Source: Yuukianura sp. NJ FZ-2021 (lineage: Eukaryota). Taken from it: a stretch of DNA of 64,000 nucleotides. The notes beneath the pieces are model-generated. The model ran no database searches. It saw only the letters and a program-made list of their open reading frames with translations, and was not told the origin of the DNA. Both the position numbers and the translations under genes were made by a program. The stretch spans positions 2,790,001 through 2,854,000 of the forward strand of contig CM102289.1 of the NCBI GenBank assembly GCA_046563655.1, read 5' to 3'. Positions 52,584 to 64,000 of this stretch are shown piece by piece; position 1 is the first letter of the stretch; every line of letters begins with the position of its first letter.

Positions 52584-52965
52584 CGCCTGGTTTATAGTCT
52601 CACTCTTCACTTCATGCTCACTTCGCTGTTATGTCGCTTTCACTATCACTTTTCTTGCGAGTGAACTATAAATTAGACATACAGTTTCATTACAACATCA
52701 CTTCACCTTCATTTTCACTCCGTCGTCACTTTGAGAAAAGTTGACTCCGGTTCAACTTTGAAAAAGTGAAGGAAAAGTGACGACGAAGTGATACGAAAGT
52801 GAAACTCAAAATAGGCAGCGAGTGAAAGAGGAAGTGAAGAGGAAACGAAAAGTGAGACAGGGATGATCATGTCCTCATCACTTCCGACTCTAAATACGAC
52901 AAAGTGACGGAGGAAGTGAAGTTCAGCACAAAAGTGAAGTGAAAAGTGAGACTATAAACCAGGCG
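52584..52965. mobile_element. PIF/Harbinger-type MITE (382 bp)
   Basis: TIR cgcctggtttatagtctcact / agtgagactataaaccaggcg; 3-bp TTA TSD; internal tcact/agtga repeats. Confidence 0.9.
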
Positions 52966-53703
52966 TTACTACTTTCGTGCCATTTAAGAAACCCAAGGAT
53001 CGGACAAAGCTCTGTACTAAAATTTAAAAACGTAAGTAATTCAAGTTTGACCTTGATGATCAGCAGAAAGTAAATAAAATCAAAAATTAAACCAAAAGTA
53101 AAATCAAGGAAATTGGGTTTATAAATCCTTACCCGAAGAATGCGCTTGATCGTCTTAATTTTCAAAATGACCAAAATAACGGTTTTAATTGATTATAATA
53201 TTATTAAAACGTTTATAGTTTATCACACCGCTTTACTTTTGCAAGTAACGTTTTATTTCAGTATTTTACAAGAGAAAAGCTCTTGCTTTTTTTATTGGAT
53301 AGAGAAAACTAAACTTCTGTTTGATGTTGGTTTGTCTGAAAATCGACTCGCATATTGCATCACACATATACTTTAATAAATCGTACAGAATTTAATCAAA
53401 TCATCCTCTTGCTATAAGTAAATGATAAGACCATAAATTTTAACATACAAAAAATTCCTATACTGAAAAGAGCAATGTCATTCTTTCCAAGCAATTCGAA
53501 CTCTTGTAGTAGTGAATTTGACAGACCAAAATGAACGCAACTTTTTCGACAGATGAAGAAAAACGCATACAGTTATGAGAAAAAAGACAAAGTACGGAGA
53601 CTCCGATTTTTGTGGATGCCAAAAAATTGAAGTTTAAAAAAAAGCTTCCAATCTTTATTGACTTTTATTTTGAATTCACGTGAGGTTATGAGGGGTCAAT
53701 CGC

Positions 53704-55346
53704 TTACAATCCTCGTCTAGCAATCAACTGACTAACGGCTCCTAAAGCACTCAGGCGGCCATACCCAACATGATTGTTTGGATACTCCGTTTGCGGAACT
53801 TCGCCACACGGGAGGATGCATGTTTCTGGAATTGTATGCAGAGCACTTTGAGCCAGAATGCTTTTGACCTCGCTAAATGTTAACTCTGTTCCATTTGTAT
53901 GCAGCAGAGCCACAACACCAGCAACATGCGGAGCCGCCATGGAAGTACCGGACATTGTTGCCAAACCGGTATCGCTCTTAGCATCAGCCGATACGACATT
54001 CACTCCAGGAGCAGTTATGTCCGGACGAATTGTGCCTTCTCTTCCTGGACCACGGCTGCTGAAGTAGGCCAAATGATCGGTTGAATTGGAAGCTCCAGTT
54101 GCAATTAGGTCTAACGAAGTTTGAGCCCGGTAGCCATTGGTTGAACAACGTGAGCCACTATTTCCAGCGGACCACACCGGGATAATTCCAGCAGCATTCC
54201 AAGCTCTGATGGTGTCATCCAGAAAATCTTCGTCATCTCCTGGACTTTTACCCCAACTGTTGCTGATGATATGTGGAGCAACTGTGCAATCGGGTTCAGT
54301 TCCATTGGCATGTGTTGGACACAGGAAGAATTGACCACACTCCAAGTATTCGTCATAGCCTGACATGGAAGCGGCACAGGCAATCCATTGCGCCTCTGTC
54401 ACACAGTTTAATTTTATTTTTAAAAGGAATACTTTTTCAAATACAGCACAACCTCAAAATAAGAAACAAAAAAGCCTCAAGCCTTTCTCCATTTCTTGTC
54501 ATGGGCCTCAGTGAGGCTTCCTTTATGGCCGCACTGAGATTTCATTGAGATGAAAGGGAGAAAGGGTTGAGGTTTTTTGTTTCTTATTTAGAGGTTATGC
54601 TGTAACAAAATTTTAGAATTTTCAGTACCTGGTGCAACTCCAATGCCACCTCGACCTAAAATGGTTCCCATTACATGTGTACCGTGACCTCCATCATCGT
54701 GTGGAGTCAGGTAGCCATTTTCAACGTCAATCCAACCGCGGTTTTCACGATAGTTCTCTGTCAGCGTTACATGACTAAGCCTCACTCCGGTATCCAACAT
54801 TCCAACAACCACGCCTCTACCAGTAAATCCAAGAGCCCAAGCCGCTGGAGCTTCAATCATGTCAACTCCCCATTGAATTTCATTGGCAGCATCCAATGGC
54901 GATGCTGGAAAACTCTCTTCACGCGGATCAAGAACAATTTTATTGTCTCGAATGGCTTCAATGTCTTCCAAAGCACTGAGAGCTCGGACAAGCTCAAGGT
55001 CAGCATCCTTCACCAAAATTCGGTTGCTGATCCAGAAACTCTTGAAAACCTTATTTCGGGAACTCAAGAACTCAGTGACGGATTTCTGAGAAAAAGCAGT
55101 AAACTTTTGAAGAGCCGACGCAAGCGTAGTAATACGATCTCCACGAGACGCAAATGATTGTTGATTGATTTGGTTCAGAATGGCCGCAGTTGATTGGCGG
55201 AGAGCAAGAACAATTTCAACAGTGGGTTCGTTTTGTATGGCTTCTAGAACTGATGGTGCAATTCGAGCATGCTGCTGCTGCAAATCCGCTGAGCTGGCTT
55301 GATTCCAGCACACTGCCAGTACAACAATGACGGTAACTTTGTACAT
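53704..55346 (-). CDS. Secreted S8 subtilase, bacillopeptidase F-like, copy 1; exons 55346-54629 and 54395-53704
   Basis: Signal peptide and propeptide; catalytic motifs VGMLDTGV, HGTHVMGT, SGTSMAAPHVAG; PHIISNSWG and SAGNSG. Confidence 0.93.
54444..54602. mobile_element. Small TA-flanked Tc1/mariner-type MITE (159 bp) in the S8 intron
   Basis: Imperfect ~50-bp TIR cagcacaacctcaaaataagaaacaaaaaa / ttttttgtttcttatttagaggttatgctg; TA on both sides; absent from the paralogous intron. Confidence 0.8.
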
Positions 55347-55879
55347 TTTCAAAATTTTACAAAAAAAAATTAATCTGAAAGGTGGAACTTAATTGGAATA
55401 CGACTTTAAATATATTCAAAACGGCAGTTTTTATCGGGAAATGTGGCTGAAAAGTTGGGAAATCTGAAGTGGCAATTTAACAAATTTACTTATAACTAGC
55501 AACTTTCCGCTTGTCAAGAAACACTTGCGTCCTACAATGTCCAAAGGCAGATTCAATTGAGAATGTGGGAGGGAAAACCGAAACCAAGGTCAAACTTAAC
55601 CCGAAGCTGACCGGACCAGTGAATTCAACAGGAATTTTGCTTTCACCTTGCAATCATACTATTCCAAACTTATCTCGAGCCAAACATAAGCTTTTTTTTA
55701 TTGTATTCGCCAACACTATTGCACTTGTTAGCTGAGATGACGTAATCGTTATTAATAAACCATCATAAATATTCAATAATTGAAACCAAATTTTATCGAC
55801 CCGTTTCTGAACTTTGTTTTAAATTACATATTTTTTAATTCAATTTTGATAACCTAGAGTGTTAAAATATTTTCAAAGT

Positions 55880-56298
55880 CAATTTTAGTTGGTTTCCTTG
55901 CGTTGCCACCGTACGTCGCCATGACATCCAGAACTTCATTGACTGCACGACGCATGTGCATTGCACTCTTGTAACCTTGATTGCACATAAGCAATACAGG
56001 CACCTCCCCCCGTTCGATCAATGACCATTTCGGCATAAATTATCCCATTACTTCCATTGTGCCAAACACTTACTCTCTGAGCCCGCAGCTTTCAAATAAT
56101 CCACTAACCCAGCCCAGAGAATATGGCTTGTTAAAGGCACCGGTGTGTAGTCGAGTGTAACATTCCACGGTGAAAAGTCCCGAAATCCCGAGATCTCTCC
56201 GAAGATGATCCAGTACAAATTTAGCAAAATCTTCCAAAGGAACATGAACTGTAGCAGCAGGACTCAGGTAGTGAGCCCATGGTGGAGTGAGTTGAGGA
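55880..56298 (-). pseudogene. 3' fragment of a beta-lactamase-family gene with deletion and frameshifts
   Basis: LTPPWAHY|LSPAATVHVPLEDFAKFVLDHLR matches the intact paralogs minus 16 codons; downstream frameshifts. Confidence 0.88.
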
Positions 56299-56300
56299 CA

Positions 56301-56368
56301 ATTAAGGACATCGACCCTAGTCAGTTGCCAAAATTTTTGGGTGGTACAAAACAAAACAACAAGCTTAA
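56301..56368 (+). pseudogene. Duplicated 3' tip of the SEC14 gene
   Basis: KDIDPSQLPKFLGGTKQNNK matches 51114-51179 (KDVDPSQLPKSLGGTKQNDK) at the DNA level. Confidence 0.88.
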
Positions 56369-56678
56369 AAAACCGTTCTCAAAAATAATATCTATAAAAA
56401 GTTACTAATACTTGTACAAACAAGTCAATAAATTAATGTACATAAGAATAAATCTAGGCTTCTGAAAAGTCAGCCTCCGATTGCAATATTTGTTACAACC
56501 TAACGCAATACACATCGCGAAAATATGTTGGACAAAAGGAAATTTTTTTTTACTGTTTAACTGTTAATACCAAAATAAATTTTCAATTTAAAGAAAAATT
56601 TAAGTTTAATAAAACTTCCATTTTTTAATGAAATTTGTGTTATTTTTGGATTGATCAATTTTTGGAGAGGTCAATCGT

Positions 56679-58155
56679 TTACAATTCTCGTCTTGCAATC
56701 AACTGACTAACGGCTCCCAAAGCACTAAGCCGACCATATCCAACATGATTGTTTGGATACTCCGTTTGCGGAGCCCCGCCACACGGGAGGTTGCATGTTT
56801 CTGGAATTGTATGCAGAGCACTTTGAGCCAGAATGCTTTTGACCTCGCTAAATGTCAACTCTGTTCCGTTTGTATACAACAGAGCAACAACACCAGCAAC
56901 ATGCGGAGCCGCCATTGAAGTACCGGACTTTGTCGACAAACCGGTATCGCTAAGAAAATCAGCCGATACGATACTGACTCCAGGAGCAGTTATGTCTGGT
57001 CGAACTGATTCTTGTCTCCCTGGACCACGACTGCTGAAATAGGCCAAAAGATCGTTTGAATCCGAAGCTCCAGTTGCAATTAGGTCTAGGCTGGTTTCAG
57101 CTGGATAGCCATTGGTCGCACAATCTGGGCCACTATTTCCACCGGACCATACTGGAATAATTCCAGCAGCATTCCAGGCTTTGATGGTATCATCTAGGAA
57201 ATTTTCGTCATCTCCTGGAGTTTTGCCCCAACTGTTACTGATGATATGTGGAGCAACGGTACAATCCGGTTCAGTGCCGTCGGCATGTGTTGGACACAGG
57301 AAGAATTGACCACATTCCAAATATTCGTCGTAACCTGACAGCGAAGCTCCACAGGCAATCCATTGCGCCTCTGTAAGAAAGTTTTATCAAAAAATATTTC
57401 AGGCAAACCTTTTGAGATAACAAAATTTCAAAATTTTCAGTACCTGGTGCAACTCCAATGCCACCTCGTCCTAAAATTGTCCCCATCACATGTGTACCGT
57501 GACCATCAAGATCCCGTGGAGTCGGATGTCCGCGGTAAACGTCAATCCATCCGCGGTTTTCGCGGTAGTTTGCAGTCAGCGTTTCGTGGCTCAGTCGTAC
57601 TCCAGTATCCAGCATTCCAACTACTACACCTCTACCAGTAAATCCAAGAGCCCAAGCCGCTGGAGCTTCTATCTTTTCTACTCCCCATTGAACTTCATTA
57701 GCAGCATCCAATGGCGATGCTGGAAAGCTCTCTTCACGCGGATCAAGAACAATTTTGTTGTCTCTAATGGCTTCAATGTCTTCCAAAACACTGAGAGCTC
57801 GGACAAGGTCAAGGTGAGCATCTTCCACCAAAATTCGGTTGCTGATCCAGAAACTCTTGAAATTCTTATTTTCGGAAATCAAGAAGTCAGTGACATATTT
57901 TTGGGAAGAAGCTGTGAAATTTTGAAGAGCAGACGCAAGCGTAGTAATTCGATCTCCACGAGAAGCAAATGATTTTTGGTTGATCTGGTTCAAGACGGAC
58001 GAAGTGGATTGCCGGAGAGCGAGAACAATGTCAACAGTGGGTTCGCTGTCTAGAGCTTCTAGAACCGCTGGAGCAATTCGAGCTTCCTGCCCTTGTGCTA
58101 CCGAGGCGTAATGGCAGCTTATAGCCAGAAAAACAATGACAATGACCTTGTACAT
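56679..58155 (-). CDS. Secreted S8 subtilase, copy 2; exons 58155-57444 and 57370-56679
   Basis: Same catalytic motifs and intron position as copy 1; 73-nt intron. Confidence 0.93.
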
Positions 58156-58500
58156 TTTAAAAATGCTGGAGTAAAAAAATTGAACGCAAGTCACAGTTAA
58201 ATTACGGATTTAAGTAATCCAAAACGTTTTATCACTAAATCTTGCTTTGAAGTTGGATAATCTGAAGTGGCCAATATTGTGATAGTTCAGAAAAATTCCC
58301 GCTTGTGGAGAGACACTTACGTCATATTATTTGGTGCTGTTGCACTGATTAGGTGGCCTGAGGTAATTATTATTAATAGAGAATTAGTTTTAATTTGTTC
58401 TACACTAATTGCTTAATTTCTCAAAATTTCTTACTGAATTACTTATTGGTTAATTAGAGTTTAGTAACGCTAGGCATAAAATATTTCTTTAAAATCGATT

Positions 58501-59795
58501 TTAAATTTGTTGTCTAGCGTTGTCGACATACGTGGCCATGACATGCAGAACTTGATTGGCTGCTCGACGCATGTCATTATCACTGTTAGTATAACCTTCA
58601 TTGCACGTAGCAATACAAGCGACTCTTCCCGTGCGATCAATGACCATTTCGGCATAGTTTACCCCATTACTTCCATTGTGCCAAATAGTTAAACCCTGAG
58701 CCCAGCTTTCGAAGAATCCATTAACCCAGCCCAGAGCATACCGCTTGTTAAAGGTGCCTGTGTGTAGTCGTTTATAACTTTCCACGGTAAGAAGTCCTGG
58801 AATCCCTAGTTCTCCACGAAGATGATCGAGTACAAATTTAGCAAAATCTTCTAAGGAACAATGAACTGCAGCAGCAGGACTCATGACCAGGGGATTGTCC
58901 CAGTGAAGCGGAATACTGGAGTTGCCCACGGGGTAGTGAGCATACGGTTGAGTGAGTTCCCCTGGAACGGAAGTAGGTCCATATCCGACGCTGGTCATTC
59001 CTAGAGGTCCAAATACATGCGTTGACATCAATTCTTCATAGGATTGACCCGCTAAACGCTCCAGCATGGCAGCGGCAACGACAAATCTACAAATTCCAAA
59101 ATTAAGTTGCAAATTTTGAAAAGAATTTGCGACTACTGCAAATAGATCTATTTGCAGTAGGCGCAAATAGAAAAAATGCTAACTCGAGTTAGCATTTTTT
59201 TTTCGTAATTCAGCTTGCTTTGTTTTTACCCCCAGTTTGAATACAGTGTGACCGTTCCGGGAGTTGGGATGGAATCCACTATGTCATTTAACGCCTTGAC
59301 AGTGTTGAGCCTTTGCTCAACCAAAGTGGGAGCTGATTCAGACAGCGCAGTCCAATTCGGGTTGCCGGGAATTCCAGCGGAGTGACTCAAAAGATGCAGG
59401 AAGTTGACTGAGTCGAATTCTGGGCGGAGGTCAAGGTCATCGAAGATGCTGCCCACCGTGGTTTCCCAAGTCACACTTCCTAATTCTACGAAACGAGCTA
59501 CGAGAGTTGCCGTCATTGCTTTTGTACAAGACCCAAGATGCCAAAGGTCATCCGTCGTAACGTTGACCCCTGACCAGCGTTTTCTGGTTCCCCAGGCGCC
59601 GATTCGCACTGTGCCATTTTCGTTCATAAAGAGACCACCGAGTGCTGGAGCATTGTACTTTGCAACGATTGGTTCCAGTAGAAAACTCACATCTTCCACA
59701 GCGTTCGTTTCAATTTTTCTAGCGAAGCCTAACTCTGTTCTAAGAATACCAATTGCAACTAAACTTGCAAAAATTAAACCAAACCTGCATTGCAT
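58501..59795 (-). CDS. Secreted beta-lactamase-family (class C/AmpC-like) serine hydrolase, copy 1; exons 59795-59230 and 59086-58501
   Basis: Signal peptide; WHLGSCTKAMTA (SxxK), LLSHSAG, YSNWG|F (YxN), SPAAAVH, WHNGSN. Confidence 0.92.
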
Positions 59796-61887
59796 TTTGA
59801 AAAAACAATTTCGAAAATTTTATGAAAAACAAAATTTCGATGCTTAAAAAAATCAAGCGCAACAGTGCTTCAGAAGGATAGAAGGTTGAGCGTGTTACAC
59901 AATTAGTATTTCCCAATAAATAGGTATATTTTGTTAAGTAAGTCAAAAAATGAGCCAATTTCGGTGATGATAAGAGTATCACCGATGTGATGCTTATCTG
60001 TTGTTTTTTCGACCAATGTTTCAATTGGATTTTAAAATTTTTGAGTGTTTCAGGACAAATTCATGGATGAAACTTATCACTGTGCTCTGCACTGTATTTG
60101 CAAGTAATTCCTTGCAAATTCTGACGAATTGCACTCTAGTCATAAATACATATAACGCCGAATTAATAAAACGATGACATCACATTTCGAACGTGTAACA
60201 AAAAAACTTGTTTTTTAAACAATTCACAGATGGAGTTACGGATTTAAGTCAACCCTAGTTTCGAGATTGGCGAAATCTGAAGTGGCAACTTTTGCCATAG
60301 CTTACATAATTTCAAAGTTAATCGAGCTGATGTAATCTTATTCTTATTACAGTATTTCTGTCCGGACTCAGTATGAGTGAGCCAACTCCACATCTGTTGT
60401 AACCACGCAGTGTAAACCCCACTGTAATTTCTGGTTACACTCAACTGAGCTATCAGGAGGTTGCAAAATAATTATTTGTGTGTTGAATAATTTAATTGGC
60501 ATTACGAATTGTATCAACTCCGTAATTACGAAAATGCTGTTGCTGGGTACACTCCGTGGATACAACAGTGGCAGATGAGGTTCAATACACGATGTTTCCC
60601 TCCCTACTGTTGTTCCCTCTCCCTCTCACATGCTTTTTCCACAAACAGTGGAAAGCATATCTAACCTATAGCTGCAGAATAACATCATCTACATAAAACC
60701 TGGCTGCGGGCTGACGTACACTTTACACTGAGTCATTGTTCTCTACCAATACTTTGGTCAGTAATAAAACTTATTGTATCCCAATGGATGTCAACTCAAA
60801 AACCCAATACGCCTATAATTTACTAACTAACCTAACTTATGCCCAACTTTAATTAAATTAGTGTTATGTTAGGCAAAACAATCACACAACTTCGGTGGGG
60901 ATACAACGAGGTGGTATTACCTCGCCTGCAGAGGTTTAAGCATGACTATTCCTCTGAAGTGAACTTTTCATCTCAAATAAGGCTGAAGCGCATTTTGTAT
61001 TTCGCCATTGTTCCCTTTAGTTTACGCTTACCAACGTATTGTATCCGTAAGCATGTAAACTAAAAAAAAGTACGTTTTGCAATTAAATACCTAACCTAAA
61101 CCTGCACTACTCTTGCTGGCTTAGTCTTCGTGCGGAGTAATCTATACCATAATACAAAATCTCCTTAGCCCCTCTGCCGTTCGGTCGTCTTCTTCGTGTG
61201 TGACAGGGGTCTGGCTAAAGGTCGGATATTGGACTCCTCTGATTGCTCATGTGAAAGGCTCAAATTGGAGCAAAAATTAAAAAAAAACAACAAGGAATGC
61301 AATGCGGCAAAACGGAATTGCATCCGCTCCGCTGTCTCCTTGCGAAGTGTGACTCGGATGTTTTTGTTACGACTTTGTCCGTCAATCCAACGTTTTGATT
61401 TGCCGTTATGCAAATTCGTGTGTGAGAGGGATCATGCTAAAGGGCAGATCTCTGACTCGAGCGAGGAAGAATAGGTTAGGTTTAGCAAAATCTTATAAAA
61501 CCTAACCAGTGGTGTAATTTAATTTCAAATCGGTAGAGTTTGGGAGAATGATTTGATTTTTTTTAAATGCGGAGTCCGAAATAAACAATCAGAGGAATCC
61601 CAACGCGTACGCATACAAATCCGATTAACTCGAGATCCGAGCGACGGTGTATGTTCCCATCAACGGATTATTTTTTTTTGAAGGGGTACTTAACGGTTGT
61701 GATATTATTTCTTTGTCCAATTACTCCGTCAATCTGGTTACATACGCAATCCTCGAGCTATCAGCGCCCCCGCCAGGGGGCGCGATGGCTCGTTTATTAA
61801 TTAATGCACGTTCATAAGTTTTGATGTATTTAATGCATTCGATTTAAAATTTTAAAATTTTACCATGAATTACATATTACTTATATC

Positions 61888-62649
61888 CAGGCATCCCAGA
61901 AATATTTCTTATCAATATTGTAAATATTTTAAATATAAATTTTTTATAAATATTGCCGAAAAAAGAAAATATTTACTAAATATTTCGGGGTTTTTAAAAA
62001 ATATCGATATTTTTTGCCGATTTTGGACCAAATTTACGGTTTTTTAGACAAATTTTAAACTGAAAACATACAATACACAGGAGGTTTGCTAAAATTGACC
62101 AGGATTTCCAACAATCAATAGCTGTTGTCGTTTTTTAACAACGTAAAACCAAAGTCGATATGCCAGCAGCCAAAACTTAAAGACCAATTTAAGTTTAATC
62201 ATAGGGCATAACGTTCTGAAATTTGAAAAACAATGCGAAATCTGTGCAAAAGACTCCACTCCACTCATGTCAAGCTTTTCGAAACGTTTGTGGCGAGTGT
62301 TTCCCAAGTATACAATTTTCTGAATAATGTATGCAATTTCATAAAGAATAGACGTAAGCAGAACTGTAACATTTTGACCAAAGTAACAGTTCTACGTGGT
62401 GATATGGGTAGGTGAAAACGGTTCAGCGTAAAGAATGCTGAAGTGGATCATGTCACCCACTGTTGCTAAGTAACTAACCGTTACGACGACTGTTGGAGGT
62501 TGCAAGTGAGTTAAATTTTTTGAAAATATATTAAATTTTAAAAAATATTTGCAAAATTAATAAATATTTTAACAAATATTTGGGCGTTTTTTAGTAAATA
62601 TTTCAATAAATATATCGGCACTTTTTAGTAAATATTTCTGGGAAGCCTG
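61888..62649. mobile_element. hAT-type non-autonomous element (762 bp)
   Basis: TIR caggcatcccagaaatattt / aaatatttctgggaagcctg; perfect 8-bp TSD cttatatc; subterminal aaatattt repeats. Confidence 0.9.
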
Positions 62650-62678
62650 CTTATATCACAGTATTTTAGAGGAGCAAA

Positions 62679-63887
62679 TTAAATTGCTTTTCGTGTGTTA
62701 TTGCTAGTGTAGTTGACCATGGCTTCCAGAACTTCGTTGACTGCATTATGCATGTTCATTTCACTGTTGTTACCTTGATTGCAAGAAGCAATACAAGCAA
62801 CTCTTCCCTGGCGATCAATGACCATTTTGGCATAGTTGACCGTATTACTTCCATTGTGCCAAATAGTTAAACCCTGAGCCCAGCTTTCAAACCCATTAAC
62901 CCAGCCAAGGGCATACAAATTGTTAAAGGCGCCGGTGTGTAGTCGCTTATAACTTTCCACCGTGAGAAGTCCCGGAATCCCGAGGTCTCCACGGAGATGA
63001 TCGAGTACAAATTTAGCCCAGTCTTCTAAAGAACAGTGAACTGTGCCAGCAGGACTCAAGACAAGAGGATTGTCCCAGTGAACTGGAATACTGGAATTGC
63101 CCACGGGGTAGTGAGCCCACGGTTGATTAACTTCTCCTGGCACGGAAGTGGGTCCGTACCCGGCGCTGGTCATCCCCAGAGGGCCAAAGACATGCGCTGA
63201 CATCAATTCTTCATAGGATTGGTTCGTGACACGCTCCAACATCGCAGCAGCTACGACAATTCTGCAAATGCAAAATTATTTTTAGATACTCCAAATTTTT
63301 TTAATTTGGTTTTGTTTTTACCCCCAGTTTGAATAAACTGTGACCGTTCCGGGTGCTGGAATGGAATCCACTATGTCATTTAACGCCTTGACAGTGTTGA
63401 GCCTTTGCTCAACCAAAGTCGGAGCAGATTCAGACAACGCAATCCAATCCGGGTTGCCTGGAATTCCAGCGGTGTGGCTCAAAAGATGCAAGAAGTTGAC
63501 CGAGTCGAATTCTGTGCGGAGGTCAAGGTCATCGAAGATACTGCCAACAGTGGTTTCCCAAGTAACACTGCCTAATTCTACGAAACGAGCTACGAGAGTT
63601 GCTGTCATTGCCTTTGTACAAGACCCAAGATGCCAAAGGTCATCCGTCGTCACGTTGACCCCTGACCCGCGTTTTCTGGTTCCCGAGGCGCCGATTCGAA
63701 CTACGCCATTCTCGTTCATAAAGAGACCACCGAGTGCTGGAGCATTGTACTTTGCAACGATTGGTTCCAGCAGAAAACTCACATCTTCCACAGCGTTCGT
63801 TTCAATTTTTCTAGCCAAGCCTAGCTCAGCTCTAACAATACAAAGTACGAGTAAACTTTTAAAAATTAAAGCCAACTTGTACTGCAT
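62679..63887 (-). CDS. Secreted beta-lactamase-family serine hydrolase, copy 2; exons 63887-63322 and 63261-62679
   Basis: Same SCTK, YSN and HNG motifs; 60-nt intron at the same position as in copy 1. Confidence 0.92.
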
Positions 63888-64000
63888 TTTGCAAAAAAAA
63901 GCAATTGGCTAACTATTAAAAAACAAAATAACGAAACTTTAAAAAATGCAATTTCGAAAATTTGAAAAAAAAATCGTATGAGTCGGGGTTTTGGAAGACT

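Noticed and set aside
54675..57972. Long plus-strand ORFs opposite the S8 genes (and similar ones opposite the hydrolases)
   Set aside because: Antisense shadows of real coding sequence with no recognisable motifs.
59171..59200. Perfect 30-bp palindrome in the hydrolase intron
   Set aside because: Largely A/T runs and absent from the paralog; no supportable function, possibly a transposon scar.
51378..63887. Bacterial contamination or operon
   Set aside because: The genes have spliceosomal introns and eukaryotic MITE insertions, and share a duplication with the host SEC14 gene.

Overview
AT-rich eukaryotic DNA with short GT-AG introns. The gene families suggest a soil hexapod, most likely a springtail (Collembola); this is inference only. 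From left to right: an internally deleted P-element/THAP transposase relic; two chemoreceptor-like 7TM genes; a divergent Cys-loop channel; a DRAM/TMEM150 gene; a U3 snoRNA gene (8733-8944, minus); inorganic pyrophosphatase with a dual-start N-terminus; a tandem duplication of a divergent ionotropic receptor; an RR cuticle protein; a secreted beta/gamma-crystallin-like protein; six tandem F-box genes (one frameshifted); an intronless ionotropic receptor; 5'-nucleotidase III; a small TM protein; and a signal-peptide SEC14/CRAL-TRIO gene. The last ~13 kb hold a cluster of bacterial-type genes: a RimL/YdaF-type GNAT hit by two MITEs, two bacillopeptidase-F-like S8 proteases, and two intact plus one broken beta-lactamase-family serine hydrolases. 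The cluster appears to have grown by duplication of a protease+hydrolase unit. About ten non-autonomous DNA transposons have readable termini, most with TSDs. Exon boundaries were read by eye, and family calls rest on motif recognition, not database searches.
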